A stretch of 64,000 bases of DNA, taken from the NCBI RefSeq assembly GCF_044704955.1, contig NC_091977.1:13454001-13518000 (forward strand). The letters run 5' to 3'. Origin of the DNA: Pristiophorus japonicus. Its lineage: Eukaryota. This document shows positions 1 to 13,915 of the stretch, piece after piece (the first letter of the stretch is position 1; every line of letters starts with the position of its first letter). A model generated the notes under the pieces. That model did no database searches. It was not told where the DNA came from and worked only from the letters and a program-made list of their open reading frames with translations. The position numbers and the translations under genes were made by a program.

Positions 1-895
1 AGGGGCAGAGTGAGCTGTGCAGGGGAGGGGAGGGGAGCGGAGGGGACAGAGTGAGCTGTGCAGGGGAGGGGAGGGGAGGGGCAAGGTGAGCTGTGCAGGG
101 GAGGGGAGGGGAGGGCAGAGTGAGCTGTGTAGGGGAGGGGAGGGGCAGAGTGAGCTCAGCTGTGCAGGGGAGGGGAGCGGAGGGGACAGAGTGAGCTGTG
201 CAGGGGAGGGGAGGGGAGGGCAGAGTGAGCTGTGTAGGGGAGGGGAGGGGCAGAGTGAGCTCAACTGTGCAGGGGAGGGGAGGGGAGTGGCAGAGTGGGC
301 TGTGTAGGGGAGGGGAGGGGCAGAGTGAGCTGTGTAGGGGAGGAGAGGGGCAAAGTGAGCTGTGCAGGGGAGGGGAGGGGCAGAGTGAGCTGTGTAGGGG
401 AGGGGAGGGGCAGAGTGAGCTGAGCTGTGCAGGGGAGGGGAGGGGCAGAGTGAGCTGTGCAGGGGAGGGGAGGGGCAGAGTGAGCTGAGCTGTGCAGGGG
501 AGGGGAGGGGCAGAGTGAGCTGTGCAGGGGAGGGGAGGGGAGGGGCAGAGTGAGCTGTGCAGGGGAGGGGAGGGGCAGAGTGAGCTGTGTAGGGGAGGGG
601 AGGGGAGGGGCAGAGTGAGCTGTGTAGGGGAGGGGAGGGGAGGGGCAGAGTGAGCTGTGCAGGGGAGGGGAGGGGAAGGGCAGAGTGAGCTGTGTAGGGT
701 AGGGGAGGGGAGGGGCAGAGTGAGCTGTGCAGGGGAGGGGAGGGGAAGGGCAGAGTGAGCTGTGTAGGGTAGGGGAGGGGAGGGGCAGAGTGAGCTGTGC
801 AGGGGAGGGGAGGGGAGGGGAAGGGCAGAGTGAGCTGTGTAGGGGAGGGGAGCGGAGGGCAGAGTGAGCTGTGCAGGGGCGGGGAGGGGAGGGGG
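1..895. repeat. G-rich minisatellite, ~30-35 bp unit (TGAGCTGTGCAGGGGAGGGGAGGGGCAGAG)
   Basis: Direct tandem repeats with variable GGGGA copy number; the ORFs at 17-1034 are repeat artefacts. Confidence 0.97.
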
Positions 896-1091
896 CACAG
901 CTTTTCTGCTTTTCTGACCAGATAAAGGCTGTTTTTATCCCAGCTGACAACCGTATGCTCACTTGAGTAAAAACTGCATGCTTCAGGCAATAGTGCATAC
1001 ATTTACAACATTTATTTTGACTCATGGAACTCAAAAGATTGTCAGTGAAGATTTTCCTCGTTCAGTTTGCTTTATAAACGAAAGATCTGCG

Positions 1092-1248
1092 ATCATTCAG
1101 TTTGATTGGACGGATGATTTGCCATCATTCAGTTTGATTGGACGGATGATTTGCCATCATTCAGTTTGATTGGACGGATGATCTGCCATCATTCAGTTTG
1201 ATTGGACGGATGATCTGCCATCATTCAGTTTGATTGGACGGATGATCT
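1092..1248. repeat. 32-bp tandem repeat, ~5 copies (ATCATTCAGTTTGATTGGACGGATGATYTGCC)
   Basis: Units start at 1092, 1124, 1156, 1188 and 1220; the unit resembles the satellite at 17740-22275. Confidence 0.95.
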
Positions 1249-1274
1249 ATACTCAAATCAACCTCTACTCATTC

Positions 1275-1388
1275 AAAAACAAAATACTGCGGATGATGGA
1301 AATGTGAAATACAAATGCTGGAAATACTCAGCAGGTCAGGCAGCATCTGTGGAGGGAGAAACAGAGTTAAGGTTTCAGGTCAGTGACG
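1275..1388 (-). mobile_element. Short interspersed repeat fragment, probably Penelope-LTR-related
   Basis: AAAATACTGCGGATG...CAGCATCTGTGGAG...GTTTCAGGTC; related copies at ~17615-17730 and, in opposite orientation, 55709-55835. Family assignment is from recall. Confidence 0.55.
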
Positions 1389-1732
1389 CTGTGCGTTAGT
1401 TTGATTGAACTGACCACCTGTACATTCAGTTTGTTTGGACCGAAGATCTGTAATCTGTAGTTCAGAAAAATGAGAGGTGATCACACAAAATTAGGGCTCC
1501 TGGGATTGGGGATAATATACTAGCATGGATTGAGGATTGGTTAATGGATAGAAAACAGAGAGTAGGAATAAACAGATCATTTTCGGGTTGACAGGCTATC
1601 ACTCATGGGTGCTGCAAGGATCAGTGCTGGAGCCTCACCTATTCACAATCTACATCAATGACTTAGATGGTGGCTAGCATTTAAATAAATATTTCATAAT
1701 TCTCAACAAAAATACATTCCATTGAGAAACAA

Positions 1733-2866
1733 AAGGCTTTTGATAAGGTCCCACAAGGCAGAGTGGTCACAAAAGTAAAAGCCCATGGGATCCAGGGCAA
1801 AGTGACAAGTTGGATCCAAAATTGGCTCAAAGGCAGGAAGCAAAGGTTGATGGGTGTTTTTGTGACTGGAAGGCTGTTTCCAGTGGGGTTCCGCAGGGCT
1901 CAGTGCTGGGTCCCTTGCTTTTTGTGGTATATATCAATGATCTAGACTAGACTTGAATATAGAGGATGTGATTAAGAAGTTTGCAGATGATACTAAAATC
2001 AGCTGTGTGGTTGATTTGAGAAGAAAGCTGCGGACTGCAGGAAGATATCAATCAACTGGTCAGGTGGGCAGAACAGTGGCAAATGGAATTTAATCCAGAG
2101 AAGTGTGAGGTAATGCATTTGGGAAGGGCTAACAAGGAAAGGGAATATACATTAAATGGTAGGACACTGCGAATTGAAGAGGAACAAAGGGACCTTGGAG
2201 TGCAGGCCAGGTTGATAAGGTGGTTAAGAAGGCATACGGAATGCTTGCCTTTATTAGCCGAGGCATAGAATACAAGAGCAGGGGGGGTTATGCTTGAACT
2301 GTATAAAACACTGGTTGGGCCACAGCTGGAGTACTGCGTGCAGTTCTGGTCACCGCATTACAGGAAGGATGTGATTGCACTGGAGAGGGTACAGAGGAGA
2401 TTTACGAGGATGTTGCCGGGAGTGGAGAATCTAAGCTATGAGGACAGATTGGATAGGCTGGGTTTGTTTTCATTGGAATAGAGGAGGCTGAGGGGAGACC
2501 TCATTAAGGTGTATAAAATTATGAGGGGCTTGGATATAGTGGATAGGAAGGGCCTATTTCCCTTAGCAGAGGGGTCAACAACCGGGGGCATCAATTTAAA
2601 GTAATTGGTAGAAGGTTTAGAGGGGATTTGAGGGGAAATTTCTTCATGCAGAGGGTTCGGGGGGGTCTGGAACTCACTGCCTGAAAGGGTGGTAGAGGCA
2701 GAAACCCTCACCACACTTAAAAAATACTTGGATGTGCACCGGAAGTGCCGTAACCTGCAGGGTTACAGGCCGAGAGCTGGAAAGTGGGATTAGGCTGGAT
2801 AGCCTCTTGTTGGCCGGCACGGACACGACGGGCCGAAATGGCCTCCTTCCGTGCTGTAAACTTCTA
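1733..2866 (+). mobile_element. 5'-truncated CR1 LINE (RT C-terminal part and 3' end), degenerate
   Basis: Fragments MEFNPEKCEVMHLG and LEYCVQFWSPHYRKDVIALERVQRRFTRM with frameshifts. Confidence 0.9.
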
Positions 2867-3706
2867 CGAAAAACTCCACGGGAAAAGTGATCCATCCGTG
2901 ACTAACTAAAGAAATTAAGGATAGCATTAGATTGAAAGAAGAAGCTGACAATGTTGCGAAGAATAGTAGTGAGCCTGAGAATTAGGAGAGTTTCAAAAAC
3001 CAGCAAAGGATGACCAAAACAATTGATGAAAAGGGATAAAAATCGAATATGAGAGAAAACTAGCAAGAAATATAAAAACAGATTGTAAGAGCTTCTACAA
3101 GTATATAAAAAGGAAGAGAGTAGCAAAAGTAAACATTGGTCCCTTAGAGGCTGAGACCGGAGAAATTATTATGGGGATTAAGGAAATGGCAGAAACATTA
3201 AACAAATATTTTGTATCTGCCTTCACAATAGAAGACACAAAAATCATACCAAAAAATGGAGGGGAACCAAGGGTCGACTGAGGGTGAGGAACTTAACGTA
3301 ATTAATATAAATAGAGAAAAAGTACTAGAGAAACTACTGGGACTAAAAGCCAACAAATCCCCTGGACCTGACGGCCTACATCCGATGGTTCTAAAAGAGG
3401 TGGCTGCAGAGACAGTGGATGCATTGGTTTTGAGCTTCCAAAATTCCCTAGATTCTAAAACGGTCCTAGCGGATTGGAAGGTAGCAAATAGAACACCGCT
3501 ATCCAAGAAAAGAGGAAGAGAGAAAACAGGGAACTACAGGCCAGTTAGCCTGACATCAGTCATCGGGAAAATGCTGGAATCCATTGTGAAGGAAGTGGTA
3601 TCAGGGCATTTAGAAAATTATAACATGATTTGGCAGAGTCAACATGGTTTTATGAAACGGAAATCGTGTTTAATAAATTTATTACAGTTTTGAAGGATGT
3701 AACTAG

Positions 3707-4352
3707 CAACAACAACAACAACTTGTTTTTATATAGCGCCTTTAATGTAGTAAAATGTTCCAAGGCGCTTCACAGCAGTGTTATAAGACAAACAAATCAA
3801 TTTGGCACCGAGCCACACAAGAAGAAATTACGGCAGATGACCAAAAGCTTGGTCAAAGAGGTAGGTTTTAAGGAGCATCTTAAAGGATGAAAGAGAGATG
3901 GAGAGGTTTAGGGAGGGGGTTACAGAGCTTGGGGCCCAGGCAGCTGAAGGCACGGCTACTGATGGTTGAGCAGTTATAATCGGGGATGCTCAAGAGGACA
4001 GAATTTGAGGAGCGCAGAGATCTCGGCGCGGGCGGGGGGGTGTGGGGGGAGGTGCGGGGTTGTGAGGCTGAAGGAGGTTACAGAGAATGGGAGGGGCGAG
4101 GCCATGGAGGGATTTGTAAACAAGGATGAGAATGTTGAAATCGAGGCGTTATTTAAACGGGAGCCAATATAGCTCAGCGAGCACAGGGGTGATGAGTGAG
4201 TGGGACTTGGTGCGAGTTAGGACATGGGCTGCCGAGTTTTGGATGACCTCAAGTTTATGTAGGGTAGGAAATGGTAGGCCAGCCAGGAGTGCATTGGAGT
4301 AGTCAAGTCTAGAGGTAACAAAGGCATGGATGAGGGTTTCAGCAGCAAATGA
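3707..4352 (-). mobile_element. L2-clade LINE 3' fragment
   Basis: ORF 4149-4424 reads AETLIHAFVTSRLDYSNALLAGLP...IQNSAA, typical of the L2 C-terminus; (TTG)n tail at 3707-3722. Confidence 0.9.
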
Positions 4353-4576
4353 GCAGAGTAGATAAAGGGGAATCAATGGATGTAGTATATTTGGATTTAT
4401 AAAAGGCATTCGATAAGGTGCCAAATAAAAGGTTACTACACAAGATAGGGGCTCATGGAATTGGAGGTAATGGCTTAGCCTGGATAGAGGATTGGTTTAC
4501 GGACAAAAAACAGAGAGTAGGGATAAATGGGTCAGGTTAGCAGCAGTAGCTAGTGGGATATTTACAATCTAAATTA

Positions 4577-4850
4577 CCATCATTTTAGGCAGTCTCTCGA
4601 AATGAGGATGACTTGCTTCCACGCCCAAAAAAGGATGAATTCACAGGTGTTTCAATGAAGGATCTAATATTTCAGGTCCTGAACTACCGAAGATGCCTGT
4701 GTGTGGATTTTTTTAACGTGTGGTGGTCGTTGCACACCAGCCACCACACGGGCTCGACAGAGCTAGGTCTTGGTCCAGTGGTAAGGGTTATCCAAGACGA
4801 CTGGAGACCAGCTCTGCTGCACGGACCCAGTGCGCACACATATCGCAGCA
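4577..4850 (-). mobile_element. RTE-tailed non-autonomous repeat, copy 1
   Basis: Homologous to copies at 45795, 47862, 52886 and 55892; minus-strand 3' end GCAAGTCATCCTC...GACTGCCT. Confidence 0.65.
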
Positions 4851-4974
4851 AGGAGGCCCCGACGTGCGTGAAAATCTAGATTAATTACCTCGATGAAGGG
4901 ACCGAGTGCAATACATCCGAGTTTGCTGACGATACAAAGCTGAGTGGGACAGTAATCTGTGAGGAGAACACAAA

Positions 4975-7900
4975 GGGGCTGAAATTGCTCCTTCCCGTAA
5001 GGCCCGTTACCGCCGAGGCCATGCTGCAGAGTGGAATGGCCGTCATTTTGAAAATTCCTCTCCTGAGGTATCCCGGTGATGTCCCGCTTCCCCTCTCTGG
5101 CTCCGCGACTGCAAATCTGTCCCAAGTGCATCATTAGAGCTCGCATTGCCGATGTTCCCCCAATGGGGAAATTTCCCGCCGTGCAGTAACAATAGCTGCT
5201 TTTTTTTTCTGCCAGTCCAGTGAGGCTGTGGCCTTCTAAAATGGCGGTGCGGCGGCCATTAAAGGGGAGGACGCACTGCCGCTGCCGCCATGTTTTTCTT
5301 TGTCAGCCGAATGCCATGTCGGACTGACAGTTATGCCCCCGCGTCCGGCCACTGCCCCGGCCGAAACCCTCCCTAGTAGCCCAGTGGACCGAACTTAAAG
5401 AACTTAAGTGAAAGGGAGAGCCGTGGTGATGTGGCACCGTGATGATGTCATCAGCGCAACGCTGATGAGTGACAGTGGCGGACATTCCACCCGCCCCCAA
5501 CTTCCGCCCCTCTAGAAACATAGAAAATCGGTGCAGGAGTAGGCCATTCCGCCCTTCGAGCCTGCACCACCATTCGATAAGATCATGGCTGATCATTCCG
5601 TCAGTACCCCTTTCCTGCTTTCTCTCCATACCCCTTAATCCCTTTAGTCGCAATGGCCATATCTAACTCCCTCTTGAATATATCCAATGAACTGGCATCA
5701 ACAACTCTCTGCGGTAGGGAATTCCACAGGTTAACAACTCTCTGAGTAAAGAAGTTCCTCCTCATCTCAGTCCTAAATGGCTTACCTCTTATCCTAAGAC
5801 TGTGTCCCCTGGTTCTGGACTTCCCCAACATCTGGAACATTCTTCCTGCATCTAACCTGTCCAGTCCCGTCAGAATTTTTTATGTTTCTATGAGATCCCC
5901 TCTCATCTTTCTAAACTCCAGTGAATACAGGCCCAGTCGATTCAGTCTCTCCTCATATGTCAGTCCTGCCATCCCGGGAATCAGTCTGGTGAACCTTCGC
6001 TGCACTCCCTCAATAGCAAGAACGTCCTTCCTCAGATTAGAAGACCAAAACTGAACACAATATTCCAGGTGGGGCCTCACCAAGGCCCTGTACAACTGCA
6101 GTAAAACTTCCCTGTTCCTATACTCAAATCCCCTTGCTATGAAGGCCAACATACCATTTGCCTTTTTCACCGCCTGCTTTACTTGCATGCCAACCTTCAA
6201 TGACTGATGAATCATGACACCCAGGTCTCATTGCACCTCCCCTTTTCCTAATCTGCCGCCATTCAGATAATATTCTGCCTTCCTGTTTTTGCCCCCAAAG
6301 TGGATAACCTCACATTTATCCACATTATACTGCATCTGCCATGTATTTGCCCACTCGCCTAACCTGTCCAAATCACCCTGCAGCCTCTTAGCGTCCTCCT
6401 CACAGCTCACACTGCCACCCAGTTTAGTGTCATCTGCAAACTTGGAGATATTACACTCAAGTCCATTATCCAAATCATTGATGTATATTGTAAATAGCTG
6501 GGGTCCCAGCACTGAGCCCTACGGCACTCCACTAGTCACTGCCTGCCATTCTGAAAAGGACCCGTTTATCCCGACTCTCTGCTTCCTGTCTGCCAACCAG
6601 TTCTCTATCCACGTCAGTACATGACCCCCAATACCACGTGCTTTGATTTTGCACACCAATCTCTTGTGTGGGACCTTGTCAAAAGCCTTTTGAAAGTCCA
6701 AATACATCACATCCACTGGTTCTCCCCTGTTCACTCTACTCGTCACATCCTCAAAAAATTCCAGAAGATTTGTCAAGCATGAGTTCCCCTTCATAAATCC
6801 ATGCTGACTTGGACCAATCCTATCACTGCTTTCCAATTGTGCTACTATTTCATCCTTAATGGTTGATTCCAACATTTTCCCTGATGTCAGGCTAACCGGT
6901 CTATAATTACCCGTTTTCTCTCTCCCTCCTTTTTTAAAAAGTGGTGTTACATTAGCAACCCTCCAGTCCATAGGAACTGATCCAGAGTCGATAGACTGTT
7001 GGAAAATTATCACCAATACATCCACTATTTCTAAGGCCACTTCTTTAAGTACTCTGGGATGTAGACTATCAGGCCCTGCGGATTTATCGGCCTTCAATCC
7101 TGTCAATTTCCCTCACACAATTTCCCACCTGTTAAGGATATCCTTCAGTTCCTCCTTCTCACTCGACATTCGGACCCCTAGTACATCGGAAAGGTTATTT
7201 GTGTCTTCCTTTGTGAAGACAGAACCAAAATACTTGTTCAATTGGTCTGCCATTTCTTTGTTCCCCATTATAAATTCACCCGAATCCGACTGCAAGGGAC
7301 CAACATTTGTCTTCACTAATCTTTTTCTTTTCACATATCTATAGAAGCTTTTGCAGTCATTTTTTTATGTTTCCCGCAAGCTTCCTCTCATACTCTATTT
7401 TTACTCCAAACAGGGATGTACAATTGTTGAAGTTCGTCCATATGATCTGTAAAGGTTTGCCATTGCCTATCCACCGTCAACCTTTTAAGTATCATTTGCC
7501 AGTCTAATCTAGCCAATTCGCGCCTCATACCATCAAAGTTACCTTTCCTTAAGTTCAGGACCTTAGTTTCTGAATTAACTTTGTCACTCTCCATCTTAAT
7601 AAAGAATTCTACCATATTATGGTCACTCTTCCCCAAGGAGCCTCGCACAACAAGATTGCTAATTAGTCCCTTCTCATTACACATCACCCAGTCTAGGATG
7701 GCCAGCTCTCTGATTGGTTCTTCGACATATTGGTCTAGAAAACCATCTCTAATACACTCCAGGAAATCCTCCTCCACCGCATTGCTACCAGTTTGGTTAG
7801 CCCAATCAATATGTAGATTAAAGTCGCCCATGATTACTGCTGTACCTTTATTGCACACATCCCTTATTTCTTGTTTGATGCTGTCCCCAACCTCACTACT

Positions 7901-8587
7901 ACTATTTGGTGGCCTGTACACAAGTCTCACTCGCATTTTCTGCCCTTTGGTATTCCGTAGCTCCACCCATACCGATTCCACATCATCCAAGCTAATGTCC
8001 TTCCTTACAATTGCATTAATTTCCTCTTTAACCAGCAACGCCACAGCACCTCCTTTTCCTTTCTGTCTATCCTTCCTAAATGCTGAATACCCCTGGATGT
8101 TGAGTTCCCAGCCTTGGTCACCCTGGAGCCATGCCTCTGTGATGCCAATTACATCATACCCGTTAACTGCTATCTATGCAGTTAATTTGTCCACCTTATT
8201 CCAAATACTCCTTGCATTGAGGCACAGAGCCTTAAGACTTGGCTTTTAACACTTTGACCCTTTAGAATTCTGCTGTAAAGTGGCCCTTTTTGTTTTTTGC
8301 CTTGGGTTTCTCTGCCCTCCACTTTTAATATTCTCCTTTCTACCTTTTGCTTCTGTCTCCATTTTATTCCCTTCTGTCTCCCTGCATAGGTTCCCATCCC
8401 CCTGCGAACTAGTGTGCGAACTTCCGCTCACCGCCCCACCCCCGTTATGACCGACTTCCGGTCCGCCAAAAAAGAAAAGCCAAAGAGCGGAATTTCGCCC
8501 AAGAGGCCACCGCATTCACCGCGCCGGTAAAAACACGAGAAACCGGGTAGGTGCATCCCGTTTCCTGCGGTGGGCAATTTCGGCCCC
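4975..8587. mobile_element. Harbinger-type MITE split by a nested CR1
   Basis: TIRs GGGGCTGAAATTGC (4975) and GCAATTTCGGCCCC (to 8587); 3-bp TSD AAA at 4972-4974 and 8588-8590. Confidence 0.85.
5513..8405 (-). mobile_element. CR1 LINE with near-complete, disrupted ORF2 (APE endonuclease + RT)
   Basis: YRPP, IMGDFN, LDWV, SDHNMV (endonuclease); DFQKAFDKVPH, GVP, FADDTK (RT); TTTCTATG-type tail. Confidence 0.95.
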
Positions 8588-8635
8588 AAAGAGTCTACAA
8601 AGGAATATAGATAGACTAAGTGAGTGGGTAGTAAG

Positions 8636-11600
8636 ATCATAAGAACATAAGAAATAGGAGCAGGAGTCGGCCATGTGGCCCCTCGAGCCTGCTCCGCCAT
8701 TCAGTATCATGGCTGATCTGATCCTGGCCTCAACTCCACTTCTCTGCCTGCTGCCCATAATCCTTGACTCCTTTATCATTCAAAAATCTGTCTATCTCCA
8801 CCTTAAATATGACCTAGCCTCCACAGCTCTCGGAAGCGAATTCCAAAGATTCGTGGCCCTCTGAGAGAAGAAATTCCTCCTATTTTAAATGGGCAACCCC
8901 TTATTCTGAAACCATGCCCCCTAGTTCTAGATTTCCCCATGACGGGAAAATCCTCTCTACATCTACCCTGTCAAGCCCCCTCAGAATCTTATATGTTTCA
9001 ATAAGACCACCTCTAATTCTTCTAAACTTCAAGGAATATAGACCCAACCTGCTCAACCCACGATGCTGAGAATGACGTGAGTAGCACGTGTAGCAAGTTG
9101 GTCTTACTGCAGGTGAAGGGTCCACAGCCAGCAAGGGAATGGAAGACCAGCAGGAAGAGCAGTGCAAGGAAGGTAGTGCAGAGGTCCCCTACGGTCATCC
9201 CCCTGCAAAACAGATACACCGTTTTGAGTACTGTTGAGGGGGATGACTCATCAGGGGAGGGCAGCAGCAGCCAAGTTCATGGCACCGTGGCTGGCTCTGC
9301 TGCTCAGGAGGGCAGGAAAAAGAGTAAGAGAGCAATAGTGATAGGGGATTCGATTGTAAGGGGAATAGATAGGCGTTTCTGCGGCCGCAACCGAGACTCC
9401 AGGATGGTATGTTGCCTCACTGGTGCAAGGGTCAAGGATGTCTCGGAGCGGGTGCAGGACATTCTGAAAAGGGAGGGTGAACAGCCAGTTGTCGTGGTGC
9501 ACATTGGTACCAACGATATAGATAAAAAAAAGGGATGAGGTCCTACAAGACGAATTTAAGGAGCTAGGAGCTAAATTAAAATGTAGGACCTCAAAAGTAG
9601 TAATCTCAGGATTGCTACCAGTGCCACGTGCTAGTCAGAGTAGGAATCGCAGGATAGCTCAGATGAATACGTGGCTTGAGCAGTGGTGCAGCAGGGAGGG
9701 ATTCAAATTCCTGGGGCATTGGAACCAGTTCTGGGGGAGGTGGAACCAGTAGAAACCGGACGGTCTGCACCTGGGCAGGACCGGAACCAATGTCCTCGGG
9801 GGAGTGTTTGCTAGTGCTGTTGGGGAGGAGTTAAACTAATATGGCAGGGGGATGGGAACCAATGTAGGGAGACAGAGGGAAACAAAAAGGAGACAAAAGC
9901 AAAAGACAGAAAGGAGATGAGTAAAAGTGGAGGGCAGAGAAACCCAAAGCAAAAAACAAAAAGGGCCACTGAATATAAAGGGGCTGCAGGAGGGGTCAAA
10001 ACTAAAAATCATGGTTTAAAAACTAGTATTAAAACACTCTACCTAAACACGCAGCATTCGAAATAAAGTAAATGAGTTGACGGCACAAATCATTACAAAT
10101 GGGTATGATTTGGTGGCCATTACAGAAACATGGTTGCAGGGTGGCCAAGACTGGGAATTAAACATACAGGGGTATCTGACGATTCGGAAAGATAGACAAG
10201 AAGGGAAAGGAGGTGGGGTAGCTCTGTTAATAAAGGATGATATCAGGGCAGTTGTGAGAGACGATATTGGCTCTAATGAACAAAATGTTGAATCATTGTG
10301 GATGGAGATTAGAGATAGTAAGAGGAAAAAGTCACTGGTGGGTGTAGTTTATAGGCCCCCAAATAATAACTTCATGGTGGGGAGGGCAATAATCAAGGGA
10401 ATAATGGAGGCATGTGAAAAAGGAACGGCAGTAATCATGGGGGATTTTAACCTACATATCGATTGGTCAAATCAAATCGCACGGGGTAGCTTAGAGGAGG
10501 AATTCATAGAATGCATACGGGATTGTTTCTTAGAACAGTATGTTACAGAACCTACAAGGGAGCAAGCTATCTTAGATCTGGTCCTGTGTAATGAGACAGG
10601 AATAATAAATGATCTCCACGTAAAAGATCCTCTCGGAATGAGTGATCACAGTATGGTTGAATTTGTAATACAGATTGAGGATGAGGAAGTAGTGTCTCAA
10701 ACAAGCGTACTATGCTTAAACAAAGGGGACTAAAGTGGGATGAGGGCAGAGTTGGCTAAAGTAGACTGGAAACACAGACTAAACGGTGGCACAATTGAGG
10801 AACAGTGGAGGACTTTTAAGGAGCTCTTTCATAGTGCTCAACAAAAATATATTCCAGTGAAAAAGAAGGGCGGTAAGTGAAGGGATAACCAGCCGTGGAT
10901 AACCAAGGAAATAAAGGAGAGTATCAAATTAAAAACCAATGCGTATAATGTGGCCAAGGTTAGTGGGAAAATAGAAGATTGGGAAAATTTTAAACGACAG
11001 CAAAGAATGACTAAGAAAGCAATAAAGAAAGGAAAGATAGATTACGAAGGTAAACTTGCGCAAAACATAAAAACGGATAGTAAAAGCTTTTACAGATATA
11101 TAAAACGGAAAAGAGTGACCAAAGTAAATGTTGGTCCCTTAGAAGATGAGAAGGGGGATTTAATAATGGGAAATGTGGAAATGGCTGAGACCTTAAACAA
11201 TTATTTTGCTTCGGTCTTAACAGTGGAAGACACAAAAACCATGCCAAATATTGCTGGTCACAGGAATGTGGGAAGGGAGGACCTTGAGACAATCACTATC
11301 ACTAGTGCTGGACAGGCTAATGAGACTCAAGGTAGACAAGTCCCCTGGTCCTGATGAAATGCATCCCAGGGTATTAAAAGAGATGGTGGAAGTTATAGCA
11401 GATGCATTCGTTATAATCTACCAAAATTCTCTGGACTCTGGGGAGGATTGGAAAGCAGCTAATGTAACGCCTCTGTTTAAAAAAGGGGACAGACAAAAGG
11501 CAGGTAACTATAGGCCGGTTAGTTTAACATCTGTAGTGGGGAAAATGCTTGAAGCTATCATTAAGGAAGAAATAGCGGGACATCTAGATAGGAATAGTGC

Positions 11601-13915
11601 AAATCAAGCAGACACAGCATGGATTCATGAAGGGGAAATCATGTTCAACTAATTTACTGGAATTCTTTGAGGATATAACGAGCATGGTGGATAGAGGTGT
11701 ACCGATGGATGTGGTGTATTTAGATTTTCAAAAGGCATTCGATAAGGTGCCACACAAAAGGTTACTGCAGAAGATAAAGGTACGCGGAGTCAGAGGAAAT
11801 GTATTAGCATGGATAGAGAATTGGCTGGCGAACAGAAAGCAGAGAGTCGGGATAAATGGGTCCTTTTCGGGTTGGAAATCGGTGGTTAGTGGTGTGCCAC
11901 AGGGATCGGTGCTGGGACCACAACTGTTTCCAATATATATAGATGACCTGGAAGAGGGGACAGAGTGTAGTGCAACAAAATTTGCAGATGACACAAAGAT
12001 TAGTGGGAAAGCGGGTTGTGTAGAGGACACAGAAAGGCTGCAAAGAGATTTAGATAGGTTAAGCGAATGGGCTAAGGTTTGGCAGATGGAATACAATGTC
12101 AGAAAGTGTGAGGTCATCCACCTTGGGGAAAAAAAGCAGTAAAAGGGAATATTATTTGAATGGGGAGAAATTACAACATGCTGCGGTGCAGAGGGACCTG
12201 GGGGTCCTTGTGCATGAATCCCAAAAAGTTAGTTTGCAGGTGCAGCAGGTAATCAGGAAGGCGAATGGAATGTTGGCCTTCATTGCGAGAGGGATGGAGT
12301 ACAAAAGCAGGGAGGTCCTGCTGCAACTGTATAGGGTATTGGTGAGGCCGCACCTGGAGTACTGCGTGCAGTTTTGGTCACCTTATTTAAGGAAGGATAT
12401 ACTAGCTTTGGAGGGGGTACAGAGACGATTCACTAGGCTGATTCCGGAGATGAGGGGGTTACCTTATGATGATAGATTGAGTAGACTGGGTCTTTACTCG
12501 TTGGAGTTCAGAAGGATGAGGGGTGATCTTATCAAAACATTTAAAATAATGAAAGAGATAGACAAGATAGAGGTGGAGAGGTTGTTTCCACGGGTCGGGG
12601 AGACTAGAACTAGGGGGCACAGCCTCAAAATACGGGGGAGCCAATTTAAAACCAAGTTGAGAAGGAATTTCTTCTCCCAGAGGGTTGTGAATCTGTGGAA
12701 TTCCCTGCCCAAGGAAGCAGTTGAGGCTAGCTCATTGAATGTATTTAAGTCACAGATAGATAGATTTTTAACCAATAATGGAATTAAGGGTTACGGGGAG
12801 CGGGCGGGTAAGTGGAGCTGAGTCCACGGCCAGATCAGCCATGATCTTGTTAAATGGCGGAGCAGGCTCGAGGGGCTAGATGGCCTACTCCTGTTCCTAA
12901 TTCTTATGTTCTTATGTTCTTTTCATCATATGACAACCCCTTCATCTCCAGAATCAACTTCGTGAACATTCTCTGAAATGCCTCCAATGCAAGTAGATCC
13001 TTCCTTAAATAAGGAGACCAGAACTGTATGCAGTACTCCAGTTGTGGTCTCACCAATACCCTGTACAGTTGGAGCAGGACTTCCCTACTTTTATACTCCA
13101 TCTCCTTTGCAATAAAGAACAGCATTCCATTTACCTTCCTGATTACTTGCTGTTCCTGCATGCTAACTTTTTGCGTTTCATGCACAAGGACCCCAGATCC
13201 TTCTATATTACAGCACTTTTTGTAATCACTCCCCATTTAAATAATAATTTGCTTTTTTATTTTTCCTGCCAAAATGAATAACTTCACACTTTCCCACATT
13301 ATAGTCCATCTGCCAAATGTTTGCCCACTCACTTAGCCTGTCTATATCCCTTTGTAGATTCTTTGCTTTAGCCTCACAACTTGCTTTCCCACCTCTCATA
13401 TATCATCAGCAAATTTGGCTACATTCCACTCAGTCCCTTCATCCAAATCATTAATATAAATTGTAAATAGTTGAGGAGCTAGTACCGATCCCTGCGGTAC
13501 CCCACTAGTTATTGTTTGCCAACCTGAAAATGACCCATTTATCCCGACTCTCTATTTTCTGTTAGTTAGCTAATCCTCTATCCATGCTAATATATTACCC
13601 CCAATCCCGTGAGCTCCTATCTTGTGCAGTAACCTTTTGTGTGGCACCTTATCAAATGTTTCTGGAAATCCAACTATACGACATCATCTGGTTCTCCTCT
13701 ATCCACTCTGCTCGTTACATACTCAAAGAACTCCAGCGGATTTGTCAAGCATGATTCCCATTCATAAAACCATGCTGACTCTGCTTGACTGCATTATGAT
13801 TTTCTAAATGTCCTGCTACTACTTCCTTAATGATGGACTCCAGCATTTTTCCAATGACAGATGTTAAGCTAACTGGTCTACAGTTTCCTGCTTTCTGTCT
13901 TCCACCTTTCTTAAA
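8636..13915 (-). mobile_element. CR1 LINE (minus) in two pieces, 8636-9058 and 12919-13915
   Basis: CATAAGAA tail at 8638; CCTGCTCAACC (to 9058) continues as CTTTTCATCATATGACAACCCC at ~12919. Confidence 0.85.
9059..12918 (+). mobile_element. Near-full-length young CR1: ORF1 esterase (SGNH-like) part plus disrupted ORF2 EN-RT
   Basis: ORF1 VIGDSIVRG...VVHIGTND; ORF2 AITETW, GGGVAL, GDFN, SDH, DFQKAFD, FADDTK; GTTCTTAT tail; a few stops and frameshifts. Confidence 0.95.

Larger units (their letters stand above)
2867..4974 (+). mobile_element. CR1 LINE ORF2 fragment hosting nested L2, RTE-like and MITE insertions; resumes at 8588
   Basis: KSPGPDGLHP...NYRPVSLTS...QHGF motifs; GAGGAGAACACAAA (to 4974) continues as AAAGAGTCTACAAAGG at 8588. 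Confidence 0.85.

Noticed and set aside
17-1034. Gly/Glu- and Pro-rich ORFs
   Set aside because: Translations of the G-rich minisatellite.
9059-12918. Active autonomous CR1
   Set aside because: ORF1 is 5'-truncated and both ORFs carry stops or frameshifts (e.g. TAA ending at 10733).
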